The notes: a model not told the origin generated them from the sequence alone. A stretch of 64,000 nt of DNA from Candidatus Binatia bacterium (GCA_038245295.1 JBBRSP010000001.1:128001-192000), one strand, 5' to 3'; counted from the stretch's first letter, positions 1-9,945 are shown. Numbers and translations: made by a program.

Positions 1-50
1 TCTCTTGATCATGTGGCCGTGAGCTGGCGTGATCGCGAGGAGACAAAAAC

Positions 51-1190
51 ATGGGTGAAGCGTACATCATCGATGCGGTGCGGACACCGCGTGGCCGTCG
101 TAAGGGCAGTCTGTCCGAAGTCCATCCGATGGACCTCTTCGGCGTGCCGCTCAAGGCGATCGTGGAACGGAACAAGATCGATCCGGCGCATGTCGACGAT
201 GTCGTCGTCGGCTGTGTCACCGAGACCGGCGAGCAGGGCACCAACATCGCGCGCGGCGCCGTGCTGGCGGCTGGCTGGCCTGTCGAAGTCCCCGGTGTGA
301 CGCTCAACCGCTTCTGCGGTTCGGGGCAACAAGCGGTCAACTTCGCGGCGCAGGCGGTGCGCTCGGGTGCGCAGGATCTCGTCGTCGCCGGCGGCGTGGA
401 AAGCATGACACGCGTGCCAATGGGCGCCGACATGGGGCCGCTACCGATGAGCCTCATGGAGCGATTCAATCTGGTGCCGCAGGGTTTGTCGGCGGAGATG
501 ATCGCCGAGAAGTGGAACTACACCCGCGAGCAGATCGACGAGTTCGCCCTGCATAGCCAGCAGAAAGCCTGGGCGGCGATCCAGGCCGGCTACTTCAAGA
601 AGAGCATTCTCTCGATGAAGGTCATGCACAACGGCGAGTTGCGCGTGTTCGACACCGACGAACATGTGCGGCCGCAGTCGACCAAAGAAGGGCTGGCGGC
701 GCTGACCGCATCATTCAAGCCAGGCGGCACCATCACGGCCGGCAACTCGAGCGGCATCGTCGACGGCGCAGCGACGGTCCTCTTGGCGTCCGAGAGCAAG
801 GTCAAGGAGCTCAACCTCAAGCCGCGCGCCCGCATCGTCGATCAGGTGATCGTTGGCTCCGAGCCGGTGATCATGCTGACCGGCCCGATCCCGGCAACCC
901 AGAAAATTCTCAAGCGTACGGGCCTCAAGATCGACGATATCGATCTGATCGAGATCAACGAGGCCTTCGCGCCGGTGCCACTGTGCACCATGCAAGAAAT
1001 CGGCATGGACCCGGAGAAGGTCAACGTGAACGGCGGCGCCATCGCTCTGGGGCACCCCCTCGGTGCCACCGGCGCGATGCTGATCGGCACCCTCGTCGAC
1101 GAGCTCGAACGCCGCAACAAACGCTACGGCCTGGCGACCATGTGTATCGGCATCGGCATGGGTATCGCCACCATCGTCGAGCGCCTCTAA
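51..1190 (+). CDS. Acetyl-CoA C-acyltransferase (thiolase)
   Basis: Thiolase motifs [26 protein letters not shown] and [17 protein letters not shown] upstream. Confidence 0.95.
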   Translation: MGEAYIIDAVRTPRGRRKGSLSEVHPMDLFGVPLKAIVERNKIDPAHVDDVVVGCVTETGEQGTNIARGAVLAAGWPVEVPGVTLNRFCGSGQQAVNFAAQAVRSGAQDLVVAGGVESMTRVPMGADMGPLPMSLMERFNLVPQGLSAEMIAEKWNYTREQIDEFALHSQQKAWAAIQAGYFKKSILSMKVMHNGELRVFDTDEHVRPQSTKEGLAALTASFKPGGTITAGNSSGIVDGAATVLLASESKVKELNLKPRARIVDQVIVGSEPVIMLTGPIPATQKILKRTGLKIDDIDLIEINEAFAPVPLCTMQEIGMDPEKVNVNGGAIALGHPLGATGAMLIGTLVDELERRNKRYGLATMCIGIGMGIATIVERL

Positions 1191-1212
1191 GCGGCTCTAG
1201 GATTCCACGAGC

Positions 1213-1280
1213 CGCAAGCTCAAGCTTGCGCCTACCAATGCGCGACATCGCGAGATGGTAGGCGCAGGCTTTAGCCTGCG
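1213..1280. repeat. Inverted pair of GTAG-type REP-like palindromes between convergent genes
   Basis: CGCAAGCTCAAGCTTGCGCCTACC (1213-1236) and GGTAGGCGCAGGCTTTAGCCTGCG (1257-1280); near-identical copy at 43832-43855. Confidence 0.7.
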
Positions 1281-1336
1281 CTCGGCGCCATGGACGGTAG
1301 CGCTTCATCCGAGCGCAGCGCGCCGTGTCGTCCGGG

Positions 1337-2119
1337 CTAGTCGTTCAACGCCCAGTCGTAATCGAGAAACTCGATCTCCACGCCGGACGCCGCGGCGCGT
1401 GGATCCTCCAAATAGCCTGCGACGAAAGCCGGCAACGAACCTGCCGCCGCTTCGAAGTCACCGCGAAACCATTTGAAAATCGACGACAGGTAGAGCCGAT
1501 GCTGCGCCGCATCGAAACGATTCTTGGCCGTATCGCGCAAGAAGGTGCGACCTTGATCGTCGAGTTGTCGATCGAGATTGTCGGCCCGGTAGGCTTCGCT
1601 GCGTAGCGGCGGACAACTGCGTGCCGCGCACACCAGCGCAAAGTGGATGCGCGGTTCCTGGAAGTCGCGGCGCAATGTCGCGTGTTCGATGTCGTCGAGC
1701 GAGATGCTGCCGCCCTTCAAATTGGGCATCGGAATGAACGAGTTGCGAAATGCCGCTCCCGGCAACCAGCCGATCTTGCGCACCGACGTGATCGGATAGT
1801 GGTCGAGGATCTGCCGCACGCTGAAGGCGTTGTACACATTGAGCCAGAAGGCAATGCGCTCGGGAGTGCTCCAGGTCTCATAGTCCTTGGCGCAGGTGCC
1901 CGACAACGTGCTGAGATAGGCATCGAGCGCGGCGTTGCCGTCGCTCTTGAGGCCGGCGTAGTCGACCCGCCCCTTATGCACCCAGCGCGCAACGATCGAT
2001 GTCCAAGCAGCATGTGTGTGGTCAACGGTCGCGCAGGCGGCATGCGCGGCACTGGTGCCAGACAGGATGGCGAAAAAGACGAGCACTACAGCGTGCGGCG
2101 AACGATGGTGACGGCTCAT
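1337..2119 (-). CDS. DUF547-family secreted protein
   Basis: Signal peptide; VDYAGLK, AFWLNVYN, SLDDIEH, EPRIHFALVCAARSCPPL, LSSIFKWF and YDWALND motifs; start moved to ATG 2119. Confidence 0.85.
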   Translation of the reverse strand: MSRHHRSPHAVVLVFFAILSGTSAAHAACATVDHTHAAWTSIVARWVHKGRVDYAGLKSDGNAALDAYLSTLSGTCAKDYETWSTPERIAFWLNVYNAFSVRQILDHYPITSVRKIGWLPGAAFRNSFIPMPNLKGGSISLDDIEHATLRRDFQEPRIHFALVCAARSCPPLRSEAYRADNLDRQLDDQGRTFLRDTAKNRFDAAQHRLYLSSIFKWFRGDFEAAAGSLPAFVAGYLEDPRAAASGVEIEFLDYDWALND

Positions 2120-2204
2120 GGTGCGAACATCTCTAGCGTCAACGCATTGTGAACTGAAATCGCCTCGGGGCAGTCGGGGGCGGGCCATGGCGGGTTGCGG
2201 GAAG

Positions 2205-2831
2205 TTAGGAAGGGCCGTGGTCGTGGCCACCGAAGGTGGTGACACCGGCGTAGATGCGCGCAGCGGCGGTGATCCAACACATCACTGCATAGATCACGGC
2301 GATGGTGCCGAACCATTTCGGGAACAGGCACATGAGAACGAAGGCGCCGATGGTCTCGCTGCCTTCGGTGAGACCGCCAAGATAGTAGAGGGACTTCTGC
2401 CCACGGATCTCGGTCGTGATGTTGTGCTTGGCGGCGAAGATGGCGTAGGCGAGGAAGGTGGAAGCCGGCCCCATGAAGCTCGTCGTCAGGATCGCCGCCG
2501 GTAAGGCGTTGGCCGGTGGGTCCGCTAGAGCAAATGCCAGCACGACGGTGGCGTAAAAGATGAAGTCGAGGGTGATGTCGAGAAAGCCCCCAACGTCGGA
2601 CGGATGTGTCTCGCGCGCGATGGCGCCGTCGAGGCCGTCGCACAGCCGACTCAGCAAGAGCACGACGAGGCCCGCCGAATAGGAGCGCGTAGCGATGAGA
2701 CCGGCTGATCCCATCCCGAGAGCGAAACCGCTGACGGTCACCTGGTTGGCGGTGATACCGAGCTTGACGACGCGGCGGGCGAGCATCGCCAGCGGTGGAT
2801 TCAGATACGGACGAAGGGCGGCGTCGAACAT
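2205..2831 (-). CDS. CDP-alcohol phosphatidyltransferase family protein (YnjF-like)
   Basis: DGLDGAIAR...GGFLDITLD signature; GGLTEGSET. Confidence 0.85.
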   Translation of the reverse strand: MFDAALRPYLNPPLAMLARRVVKLGITANQVTVSGFALGMGSAGLIATRSYSAGLVVLLLSRLCDGLDGAIARETHPSDVGGFLDITLDFIFYATVVLAFALADPPANALPAAILTTSFMGPASTFLAYAIFAAKHNITTEIRGQKSLYYLGGLTEGSETIGAFVLMCLFPKWFGTIAVIYAVMCWITAAARIYAGVTTFGGHDHGPS

Positions 2832-2929
2832 AGGGTCTACCTATGCTGGGCCACCCGCTGCGGTCAATTGGCCGAGCGGCGCGTTTCGGATTGCTCACAT
2901 TCGCGACGATACGATATGCGCACGACACC

Positions 2930-3373
2930 ATGTCTTCCCTGCTGACGTTGTGCGGTGGCTTCCTGATGGCCGTCCTGTGGTTCGATCTCATGTTCGATGT
3001 GCAGGTGCTGCGCATGTCACGCGTCGAACCATCCGAAGAGATCCTCGCGTCGATCGCCGCCTACTATGCGCGCGTCACCGGATCACCGATGGGCCGCCTG
3101 GTTGGTGTGGTCATGTTGATCGCCTTGAGTGGCACGCTGTATCAGCTCATCAGCGGAGCAATTCCACGAGGAATTGCGGCGTTGGCTCTGGCGACCACCG
3201 CCGCCCCAGTGTTGTTGGCGGCGCTGCGAGTGCTGCCGAATGCGGTGCGCCTTGGGACGCGTGCCGATCCGATCGACGGTCAAGCCTGCCTGGCACACTC
3301 GATCTATCGCGAGCATCTCGCTTGCCTGGTGTCGATCCTGACCTTCAGCGCTCTCGAGTTGCTAGGTGGCTGA
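2930..3373 (+). CDS. Hypothetical membrane protein
   Basis: Four hydrophobic segments; GFLMAVLWFDLMFDVQV N-terminus; start moved to ATG 2930. Confidence 0.65.
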   Translation: MSSLLTLCGGFLMAVLWFDLMFDVQVLRMSRVEPSEEILASIAAYYARVTGSPMGRLVGVVMLIALSGTLYQLISGAIPRGIAALALATTAAPVLLAALRVLPNAVRLGTRADPIDGQACLAHSIYREHLACLVSILTFSALELLGG

Positions 3374-3579
3374 TCAGATCCCGATGTCCTCAAACGAGAA
3401 GCCCAGAAATTCCTTGACTGGATGGCCGACAGTCGGTTGAGTTGGCCGTCATGTTGAAGGCACGCGCTGCAACTCCCGACGCCTTCATCGGCCGCGACAA
3501 GGAGATGGCTGTTCTCGATGGAGCCCACGTTGTGTCCAAGGGTGGTTGCGCCTTGATCATGGCGGTGCGGCCGGATTGC

Positions 3580-3888
3580 TCAGTGCGGGTCATATTTCTG
3601 CCCGCGCACGACGACAACGTCTGTTACCCAAGCCGCAACCGCGTAGTTGGGAAAATATTGGGCGGCCAATACTTCAAGGATCTGTTCCGCGAGCGTTGGG
3701 CTGACGAGGACTTCGATCTTCTGGTTGTCGCCGGGTACCTCGCCGACTCGTCGGCCGCGCGAGCCTTCCCCGCGTGCCTCGGTAACCGTATGGCCCGTGA
3801 CGCCGAGACGCTTGAGCGTGGCGAGGAGTTGTTCAGTCAGTACAGCCTCCGTGACAATCGTAACCAGACGGATTGACTCTGTGTGCAT
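3580..3888 (-). CDS. sbtB: PII-like regulator SbtB
   Basis: 102-aa PII fold (LVTIVTE, GVTGHT, ARGEGSRG, KIEVLV) directly downstream of sbtA. Confidence 0.85.
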   Translation of the reverse strand: MHTESIRLVTIVTEAVLTEQLLATLKRLGVTGHTVTEARGEGSRGRRVGEVPGDNQKIEVLVSPTLAEQILEVLAAQYFPNYAVAAWVTDVVVVRGQKYDPH

Positions 3889-3899
3889 GCGTATTCCCT

Positions 3900-4868
3900 T
3901 CAGCTTCCGTGAAGCAATTGGGCGATTCGGTAATAGATCGGAATTCCGAGCGTCACATTGAACGGAAATGTGATCGCCAGGGAGGCGGTCAAATAGTAGG
4001 TCGGGTTGGCAGTCGGTAGGCTCATTCGTGCAGCCGGCGGCGCAGCGATGTACGACGCACTCGCTGCCATGGCTGCCAACATGGTGCTGCCGCCAATGGA
4101 GAGCCCAGACAGGCTGGCGAGGGTGGCACCAAGGGCTCCGTGTGCGATTGGCATGACGACGCCGAACGCGAGTAGAAACGCACCGACCTTGCGCAGGTCC
4201 CCCAGGCGTTCGGCAGCAACGATGCCCATCTCAAGAAGGAAGAGGGTAAGTGCCCCTTTGAAGCCGCTCTCGAAGAACGGTTGGACCGCATGCCAACCGT
4301 CTTCTCCCATCAGGTACCCGACCACCAGGCCCCCTACCAGAAGGACCATGGTTCGCCCGGTTAGGATCTCGTGGAGGGTGTCGCTGACCGGGCGCTCACC
4401 GCTCACTTTGAGCGCGCCAATAGCGAGCGCGATGTGGATGCCCGGGCTCTCCATCAACGTGAGCAAGGTCGGCATGAATCCTTCCGGTGCCTCGCCCATG
4501 GATGTAACGAAGGTCTGTGCCGCGATGAAGGTCACTGCCGACACGGATCCGTAGTGCGCTGCGATGGCGGCGGAGTCTGCGTCATCAAAACGCCCAAGGT
4601 ACCGCAGCACCAGGTACGACGTAATCGGCGTGATGCATCCGAGGACTATTGTAGCGATCCCCGGTCCGATGATCGTCGAATAGGACGCGTGACTCAGCTC
4701 AACTCCGCCCTTCAGGCCAAGGGCAAACAGCAAATAGATAGAGAGCGAGGTGTAGAGGTCTTTCGGCAGCCGAAGCTCGCTGCGCATCAGTCGCGCTGCA
4801 ATCCCGAGCGCGAACGCCAGCACAATCGGCGAGAGCAGGTTGGTTTTTAGAATCGCGAGTAGTGTCAT
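3900..4868 (-). CDS. sbtA: Sodium-dependent bicarbonate transporter SbtA family permease
   Basis: LSIYLLFALGLKGG, AIAAHYGSVSAVTF, FLLEMG, ASASYIAAP and ITFPFN motifs; ~10 TM segments. Confidence 0.92.
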   Translation of the reverse strand: MTLLAILKTNLLSPIVLAFALGIAARLMRSELRLPKDLYTSLSIYLLFALGLKGGVELSHASYSTIIGPGIATIVLGCITPITSYLVLRYLGRFDDADSAAIAAHYGSVSAVTFIAAQTFVTSMGEAPEGFMPTLLTLMESPGIHIALAIGALKVSGERPVSDTLHEILTGRTMVLLVGGLVVGYLMGEDGWHAVQPFFESGFKGALTLFLLEMGIVAAERLGDLRKVGAFLLAFGVVMPIAHGALGATLASLSGLSIGGSTMLAAMAASASYIAAPPAARMSLPTANPTYYLTASLAITFPFNVTLGIPIYYRIAQLLHGS

Positions 4869-5518
4869 GGCTTTTGTCCTGCCGCATCGACGATTTGGAC
4901 CATTCCGGTGTCTAGGTCGTACACGGCGCCCACAACCAGCAAGGTCCCGTCGCGCACCATCGGCCCCAGGACCGGTTCGGATATTCGCAGTTGGCGGGCG
5001 ACGGCCTGTGCCTGGTCGCGGACGGCGTTATCGAGCGCGTTGCCGGGTGCGGCCGAGGATTGGGCAATGGCTGGCTTGATGGCATCCACAATGCGACCGA
5101 TGTGCCCCGGCACGGTTCCGCCCGTAAGGGCGGCGTCGACGGCTCCGCAGCGTTCATGGCCGAGAACTACAATCAGTCGTGCCCCCAATTTGGCGACGGC
5201 AAACTCGATGCTGCCGAGGGCCTGATCGTCGACGACTTCTCCGGCAACTCGCACGACGAAGAGGTCTCCGAGTCCCTGATCGAAGATGACCTCTGGTGGA
5301 ACTCGGGAGTCGGCGCAGCCGACAATGATTGCGAAGGGCTTCTGTCCCGTCGCCACGTCACCGCGATGCGCCGAGCCTTGGTTCGGGTGCGTCGGTTGCG
5401 AAGCGGCGAAGCGGCGATTCCCTTCGAGCAGCTGACTCAATGAAGCGGGCTCTGCCTGGGCTGCAGCCCAACCAAAGAGCAGAGCTGATCCGGTGATGAA
5501 CATCATCAATCTTGTCAT
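4865..5518 (-). CDS. Beta-class carbonic anhydrase with N-terminal signal peptide
   Basis: CADSRV and HERCGAV zinc ligands; GDLFVVRVAG; AQA signal cleavage site; 4-bp overlap with sbtA. Confidence 0.92.
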   Translation of the reverse strand: MTRLMMFITGSALLFGWAAAQAEPASLSQLLEGNRRFAASQPTHPNQGSAHRGDVATGQKPFAIIVGCADSRVPPEVIFDQGLGDLFVVRVAGEVVDDQALGSIEFAVAKLGARLIVVLGHERCGAVDAALTGGTVPGHIGRIVDAIKPAIAQSSAAPGNALDNAVRDQAQAVARQLRISEPVLGPMVRDGTLLVVGAVYDLDTGMVQIVDAAGQKP

Positions 5519-5622
5519 TGGCGCTTTCCTCCTGCGTTAGTGTTGGAACCCCAGTGGGACGCTTGATCCCGGTGTCTTTGGCGGTCGAGGTCGCGATCCA
5601 GCGCCGCTGGATCGCCAATTTG

Positions 5623-6396
5623 TCAGGCCACAATGTGCCGGCCTCCGTCGACAAAGATGGTGTCTCCCGTCATGGCTCGGGCCGCGTCGCTGACGAGGAA
5701 GGCTGCGGCATGACCGACGTCCTCGATCGTTACCAGTTTGCGTTGCGGCGTCCGTGCTTCCGCGTCGGCGATCAACCGGTCGAAGTTGTCGATCCCACCA
5801 GCGGCGCGGGTTTTCAGGGGACCAGCCGAAACAGCGTGCACCCGAATTCCTTTCGCCCCGAGCTCGCATGCCAATGATCGCACGGTGCTTTGCAGCGCCG
5901 CTTTGACCGGCCCCATGATGTTGTAGTGCTCAACCACCTTATCAGCGCCGTAGAAGCTCATCGTCAGGAGAGTCCCCTCGGTCATCAACGGCTCGGCTAA
6001 TCGCGCCATCTCTAACAGTGAGTAACAGGAGACATGCATGGCCCGCTGAAAACCCGCGAGAGAACAATCAATGACGCGCCCATGGAGGTCGCCCATCGGG
6101 GCAAAGGCGATTGAGTGGACGATGAAATCCAACGTGCCCCATTGCTGCTCTAGTGTGCGGAATACCTGCGCCAATTGGCCCGGCACCTCGACGTCGAGAG
6201 GCAGGATGATCGACGCGTCGAGTTCCTCGGCCAATGGCCGCACGTGTGGCTCCGCCTTGGCGTTCAAGTACGTGATGGCCAGATCTGCCCCCGCTTGTCG
6301 CATGACGGTCGCGCAGCCGTAAGCAATACTGTCGGTATTGGCGATACCGACGATGAGCCCCCGCTTGTTCCTCAAATCCAACACTGAACGTTGCAT
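5623..6396 (-). CDS. fabI: Enoyl-ACP reductase FabI family
   Basis: GIANTDSIAYG, VHSIAFAP, YNIMGPVKAAL (YxxMxxxK). Confidence 0.85.
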   Translation of the reverse strand: MQRSVLDLRNKRGLIVGIANTDSIAYGCATVMRQAGADLAITYLNAKAEPHVRPLAEELDASIILPLDVEVPGQLAQVFRTLEQQWGTLDFIVHSIAFAPMGDLHGRVIDCSLAGFQRAMHVSCYSLLEMARLAEPLMTEGTLLTMSFYGADKVVEHYNIMGPVKAALQSTVRSLACELGAKGIRVHAVSAGPLKTRAAGGIDNFDRLIADAEARTPQRKLVTIEDVGHAAAFLVSDAARAMTGDTIFVDGGRHIVA

Positions 6397-6457
6397 TGGT
6401 CGTCCCTGACTCCTTCCCGCCGACGGGTCTGGCGATTCGTCGCCGGCCGCGTTAAAC

Positions 6458-6503
6458 TACGACAATTAATATGCGAAGTCAATATCGTATGTTAGGAGTC
6501 GTG
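6458..6503. promoter_or_regulatory. Imperfect inverted repeat in an AT-rich divergent promoter, candidate operator
   Basis: TACGACAATTAATATGCGA (6458-6476) matches the reverse complement of 6485-6503 (CACGACTCCTAACATACGA) at 13/19 positions. Confidence 0.45.
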
Positions 6504-6510
6504 AATTATA

Positions 6511-6855
6511 ATGCGTAAGAAAACTGTTCGTGTATCGTCCAGGGCTGAGCCGCAGGCTCAGGAGACACGTGCTGCCTGGACATTCCTGACGAACCACGCC
6601 CACGTGCTGCTGTGCATCGCCAACGATCCCGCTGTGCGGATGCGCGACGTGGCGCAGTTGGTTGGAGTGACCGAGCGCGCTGTCCAGCGTATCGTTAGCG
6701 ACTTGGAAGAGGCGGGGTACCTGACCCGCGAGCGCGACGGCCGTCAGAACCGTTACGAAATCTGCTCAACGCTACCGTTACGACATCCGATCGAGCGCGA
6801 TTGCGAGGTGTCGGCGCTCATCAAAATGGTACTAGGATCCGCCTGGCGAAGCTGA
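6511..6855 (+). CDS. Winged helix-turn-helix regulator (WTFLTNHAHVL family)
   Basis: RMRDVAQLVGVTERAVQRIVSDL HTH, GRQNRY wing, PLRHP. Confidence 0.85.
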   Translation: MRKKTVRVSSRAEPQAQETRAAWTFLTNHAHVLLCIANDPAVRMRDVAQLVGVTERAVQRIVSDLEEAGYLTRERDGRQNRYEICSTLPLRHPIERDCEVSALIKMVLGSAWRS

Positions 6856-6921
6856 TCTGTTTCCTTCCCCTCTCGGCCGGACGCCAACCGAGGGCGTTGG
6901 ACGGATGCGCTCGCAAGAGCG

Positions 6922-7821
6922 TCAAGTGAATAGCTTGTCGCGCGCGGCGGCGGAAATGGCAATCAATGCCGGATTCTTCAGGCGGCGCTCGACGCTGATC
7001 GCGTAGAAGCGCTCTTTAACCGCGTCGGCCCGGCCCACGACCTCGACTCCGTATTGGCGGCGGATCTCCGCTTCGATGACGGTTGGTGCCGCGAAAATCC
7101 CAACACCAGCCTGCCCGAATACTTTGAGAAGGGCCGTGTCCTCAAACTCACTCACAACCTGGGGGCGGATGGTCTGTGACTCGAACCAACGGTCCAGCGA
7201 TCGTCGCAACGCTGTGTTTTCCGTCGGCAAGAGGAGCGGGGCATTGTCGAGCGATCGCGGAAAGGCTCGCCGGTGTTTTGTCGCCAGGCGCGGCACTGCG
7301 AAGAACGTGACGCCACTTTCGCCGAGCAGGTGATTGTAGGCGCGCACCTTCACCGTAGCACCAACCGGTGCGTCGCTGATTACGAGATCGAGTGCCTGCA
7401 CGGACAGCTGCGCGAGGAGTCGCTCGGAGTGGTCTTCCCTGCAAACGAGGTGCACCTTCTCCGGAAGATGCAGCGCGGGCTCTAGAAGCCGATAGGCAAC
7501 CAACTTGGGGACTACGTCCGCGACGCCGACCAGCAGTCTTACGGGGCGCCCGGTAGACCGGCCGCGCACCACGTCCATCAGTTCGCGTCCGAGTGAGAAG
7601 ATCTCATCCGCATAACGGTACACTTCGCGACCAACGTCGGTGAGCACCATGCGCCGTCCGCTGCGCTGGAAGAGTTTCTCCTCCAGACTCTCCTCGAGGG
7701 CGCGCAACTGGGTGCTGATGGTCGGTTGTGCCAGACGTAACTCGGCCGCTGCGGCCGACACGCTACCCTGGCGGACGATCGTCCAGAAATACAAAAGGTG
7801 ATGGTAGTTGAGCCACTCCAT
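6922..7821 (-). CDS. nhaR: LysR-family activator NhaR
   Basis: MEWLNYHHLLYFW N-terminus, VGVADVVPK, EFEDTALLKVFGQ, FYAISVERR. Confidence 0.85.
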   Translation of the reverse strand: MEWLNYHHLLYFWTIVRQGSVSAAAAELRLAQPTISTQLRALEESLEEKLFQRSGRRMVLTDVGREVYRYADEIFSLGRELMDVVRGRSTGRPVRLLVGVADVVPKLVAYRLLEPALHLPEKVHLVCREDHSERLLAQLSVQALDLVISDAPVGATVKVRAYNHLLGESGVTFFAVPRLATKHRRAFPRSLDNAPLLLPTENTALRRSLDRWFESQTIRPQVVSEFEDTALLKVFGQAGVGIFAAPTVIEAEIRRQYGVEVVGRADAVKERFYAISVERRLKNPALIAISAAARDKLFT

Positions 7822-7944
7822 AGACCGAACCTATCTATAGGTTTTTCCACGTAATGGCGACTGAATTATCTATTTGTCGATGACCCCCGCGCGCCGTATT
7901 CAATCCCCGACATGGATGACGCAACTCAACAGAAGGAGGATGTC

Positions 7945-8289
7945 ATGAAGATCGAAGTCCGGGGGCGGGAAGTCTTGGTAACGGATGGCCTACGTGAACA
8001 CGTCGAACGACGCGTACGTTTCGCGTTCGCCCGGTTTGCGCCGCGTGTGCGTAGCGCGACGGTGCGCCTTGGTGACGCCAATGGCCCGCGAGGGGGTGCC
8101 GACAAGACGTGTCGAATCCCTGTCAAGCTGCCACCGTTCCAACCGATCGTGATCGAAGATGCCTACAACAATCTGCACGTGGCGATCGACCGCGCCGCGG
8201 CGCGGGCCGGCCGAGCGTCGGGGCGCGAGCTGTCTCGTCGCGGCGGACGGCTCTCGGCCGCCGCCGACAGCAACGGGGGGCTGCGATGA
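7945..8289 (+). CDS. HPF/RaiA-family ribosome-associated protein
   Basis: LREHVERRVRFA, DANGPRGGADKTC, AIDRAA; AAGGAGGA RBS before ATG 7945. Confidence 0.8.
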   Translation: MKIEVRGREVLVTDGLREHVERRVRFAFARFAPRVRSATVRLGDANGPRGGADKTCRIPVKLPPFQPIVIEDAYNNLHVAIDRAAARAGRASGRELSRRGGRLSAAADSNGGLR

Positions 8290-8594
8290 CTACCCCGGCA
8301 GTGGTGGGAAATACGGGTATGGATTGCGAGCAGCCCTTGCTGCCCGCGGTAGTCGGCGCTGGCGATTCCGGCATGAGTTCGTCGACGCTGGTGTGCCCGC
8401 GCTGTGAGAGGCCGGCCCTGTGCGAGCGCCAGCTGGCTGGTGTGATCATCGATCTGTGCGGCGACTGCGGGGGAATCTGGTTGGACCAAGGCGAACTGGA
8501 ACGATTGTTGGTCCGCTTGCGAGGCGGCCCGACTGTGGGTCGCATGCGCGTCCCGTCAGCTGCCATCCCTTGGCGCAGAAACCTCGCCGATTGA
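8286..8594 (+). CDS. zf-TFIIB zinc-ribbon protein
   Basis: CPRC...IDLCGDCGGIWLDQGELERL; ATGA overlap with the upstream gene. Confidence 0.7.
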   Translation: MTTPAVVGNTGMDCEQPLLPAVVGAGDSGMSSSTLVCPRCERPALCERQLAGVIIDLCGDCGGIWLDQGELERLLVRLRGGPTVGRMRVPSAAIPWRRNLAD

Positions 8595-8635
8595 CCGACG
8601 AGCAGGAGTCAGGACGGGCGAAGAGGGAATTGAGT

Positions 8636-9316
8636 ATGAACAGAAAAGGGTTCGGCAAACCAACGAAAGAGCCCGACTTCGGGGTCGTTCACCGGCAGCA
8701 GGCTGCGTTGTTGGGGCAATTGCGCGCCGAGGAGGAACGGCGGATTGCGCGCGAGGCGATTGCGAGCGCATCGCACCTAAGGGACGAGGCGCTGTTAGAT
8801 GAACTGGTGGGCCTCGGCATCAACGCTGACACGTTGACCGCCCTTTCGCTTGTGCCTCTCGTCGAGATCGCCTGGGTCGACGGCACAATGGACGACAGCG
8901 AGCGTCGTACGATCCTCGCGGTGGCAAGAAGGGTTGGCCTCACCGAGCGCAGCACCGGCTACCGGTTGATCGAGGGCTGCTTGTCGGACAAACCGCCGTC
9001 ACATCTTCGGTCGCTGTGGGTTCACTACGTCGAGAGCCTGTGCTCCACACTCTCTGATGCGGAGAGGGAGACGTTTAGACTTGAGCTGTTGCAGCGAGCC
9101 CTCCGCGTGGCCGAAGCGGCAGGCGCGTTCACGACCCCAGGCTCCAACGTCTCATCCGAGGAACAGGCCCTCCTTGGCGAAATCGCTCGCGTGTTTGACG
9201 ATCGACCGACAAAGGTAGCGTTCGCGGGCGATGTCGCTCCGGTCCCCGGTGGCGGCGCGCAGGACCTTGCGCATCAATCCGCGACGCCGCGAAAAAAGTT
9301 CCTGCCGAGCGTGTAG
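8636..9316 (+). CDS. Hypothetical protein, TerB-like helical fold suspected
   Basis: LSLVPLVEIAWVDG...ERRTIL and VAEAAG...VSSEEQALL resemble TerB-type motifs; start moved to ATG 8636. Confidence 0.6.
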   Translation: MNRKGFGKPTKEPDFGVVHRQQAALLGQLRAEEERRIAREAIASASHLRDEALLDELVGLGINADTLTALSLVPLVEIAWVDGTMDDSERRTILAVARRVGLTERSTGYRLIEGCLSDKPPSHLRSLWVHYVESLCSTLSDAERETFRLELLQRALRVAEAAGAFTTPGSNVSSEEQALLGEIARVFDDRPTKVAFAGDVAPVPGGGAQDLAHQSATPRKKFLPSV

Positions 9317-9693
9317 ACCAAGAGGCCGATCGGCCCGAGCATCAGGGTCAGGAACAAGACTGGCAAGAGCCGGTAGCCTCCTTTGGGCGCATCATTCATG
9401 ATCCAGCGTCCGACGAAGGAATCGAAACAGAGGTAGTGGATCCAGCCCGTCAGGGCGCCCCACGGGCTGTCGAATAGTCGCATTACGCCCGCGAGGCTGG
9501 AGAAATCACCGCCTGTCGGTCCGCCGGTGAGCGTAATCCCGAGCGCCACGAGATAGATCAAGGCCAATGCTTGCCAAGGCCACAACGCGTTGGCGAGCCA
9601 GCGCGCTACCGCGGAGCGCGGAGCGACCATCCAGATGGCCCAGATTGGTAGCGGGAGCAGGTTGGCGATTTGAAAGGCACTGGCAGCTGTCAT
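9274..9693 (-). CDS. ABA4/DUF4281-like membrane protein
   Basis: FSSLAGVMRLF, GWIHYLCFDSFVGRW, TLMLGPIGLL; GGAGGT RBS before ATG 9693. Confidence 0.8.
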   Translation of the reverse strand: MTAASAFQIANLLPLPIWAIWMVAPRSAVARWLANALWPWQALALIYLVALGITLTGGPTGGDFSSLAGVMRLFDSPWGALTGWIHYLCFDSFVGRWIMNDAPKGGYRLLPVLFLTLMLGPIGLLVYTLGRNFFRGVAD

Positions 9694-9945
9694 CGTGTCG
9701 ACCTCCCGGCTGTAGGCGCAGCGAACCAACCAAAGGACCCGCGACAAGTAAAGGGATCTTCTCAGAAGGACGATGTCCTGCGCCGCGACTTCCGACGTAT
9801 GGGAACGGAATGCTCGAAGAAACCCTGCCCATCGCCGAGAATCCGTGGCATAGGCGTTGCTGTTCTGTCTCGTAGGACCCCGCGAACGACAAGCGAGGCG
9901 TGAGCCCGCAGATTCGGTGCGTTCGCGGCGTGGGTGAGGAGTTCG

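Noticed and set aside
3375..3580. Possible gene fragment between the membrane protein and sbtB
   Set aside because: No frame gave a convincing motif.
5593..5615. Palindrome GCGATCCAGCG-C-CGCTGGATCGC as a terminator between fabI and the carbonic anhydrase
   Set aside because: No U tract on the coding strand, so its function cannot be assigned.
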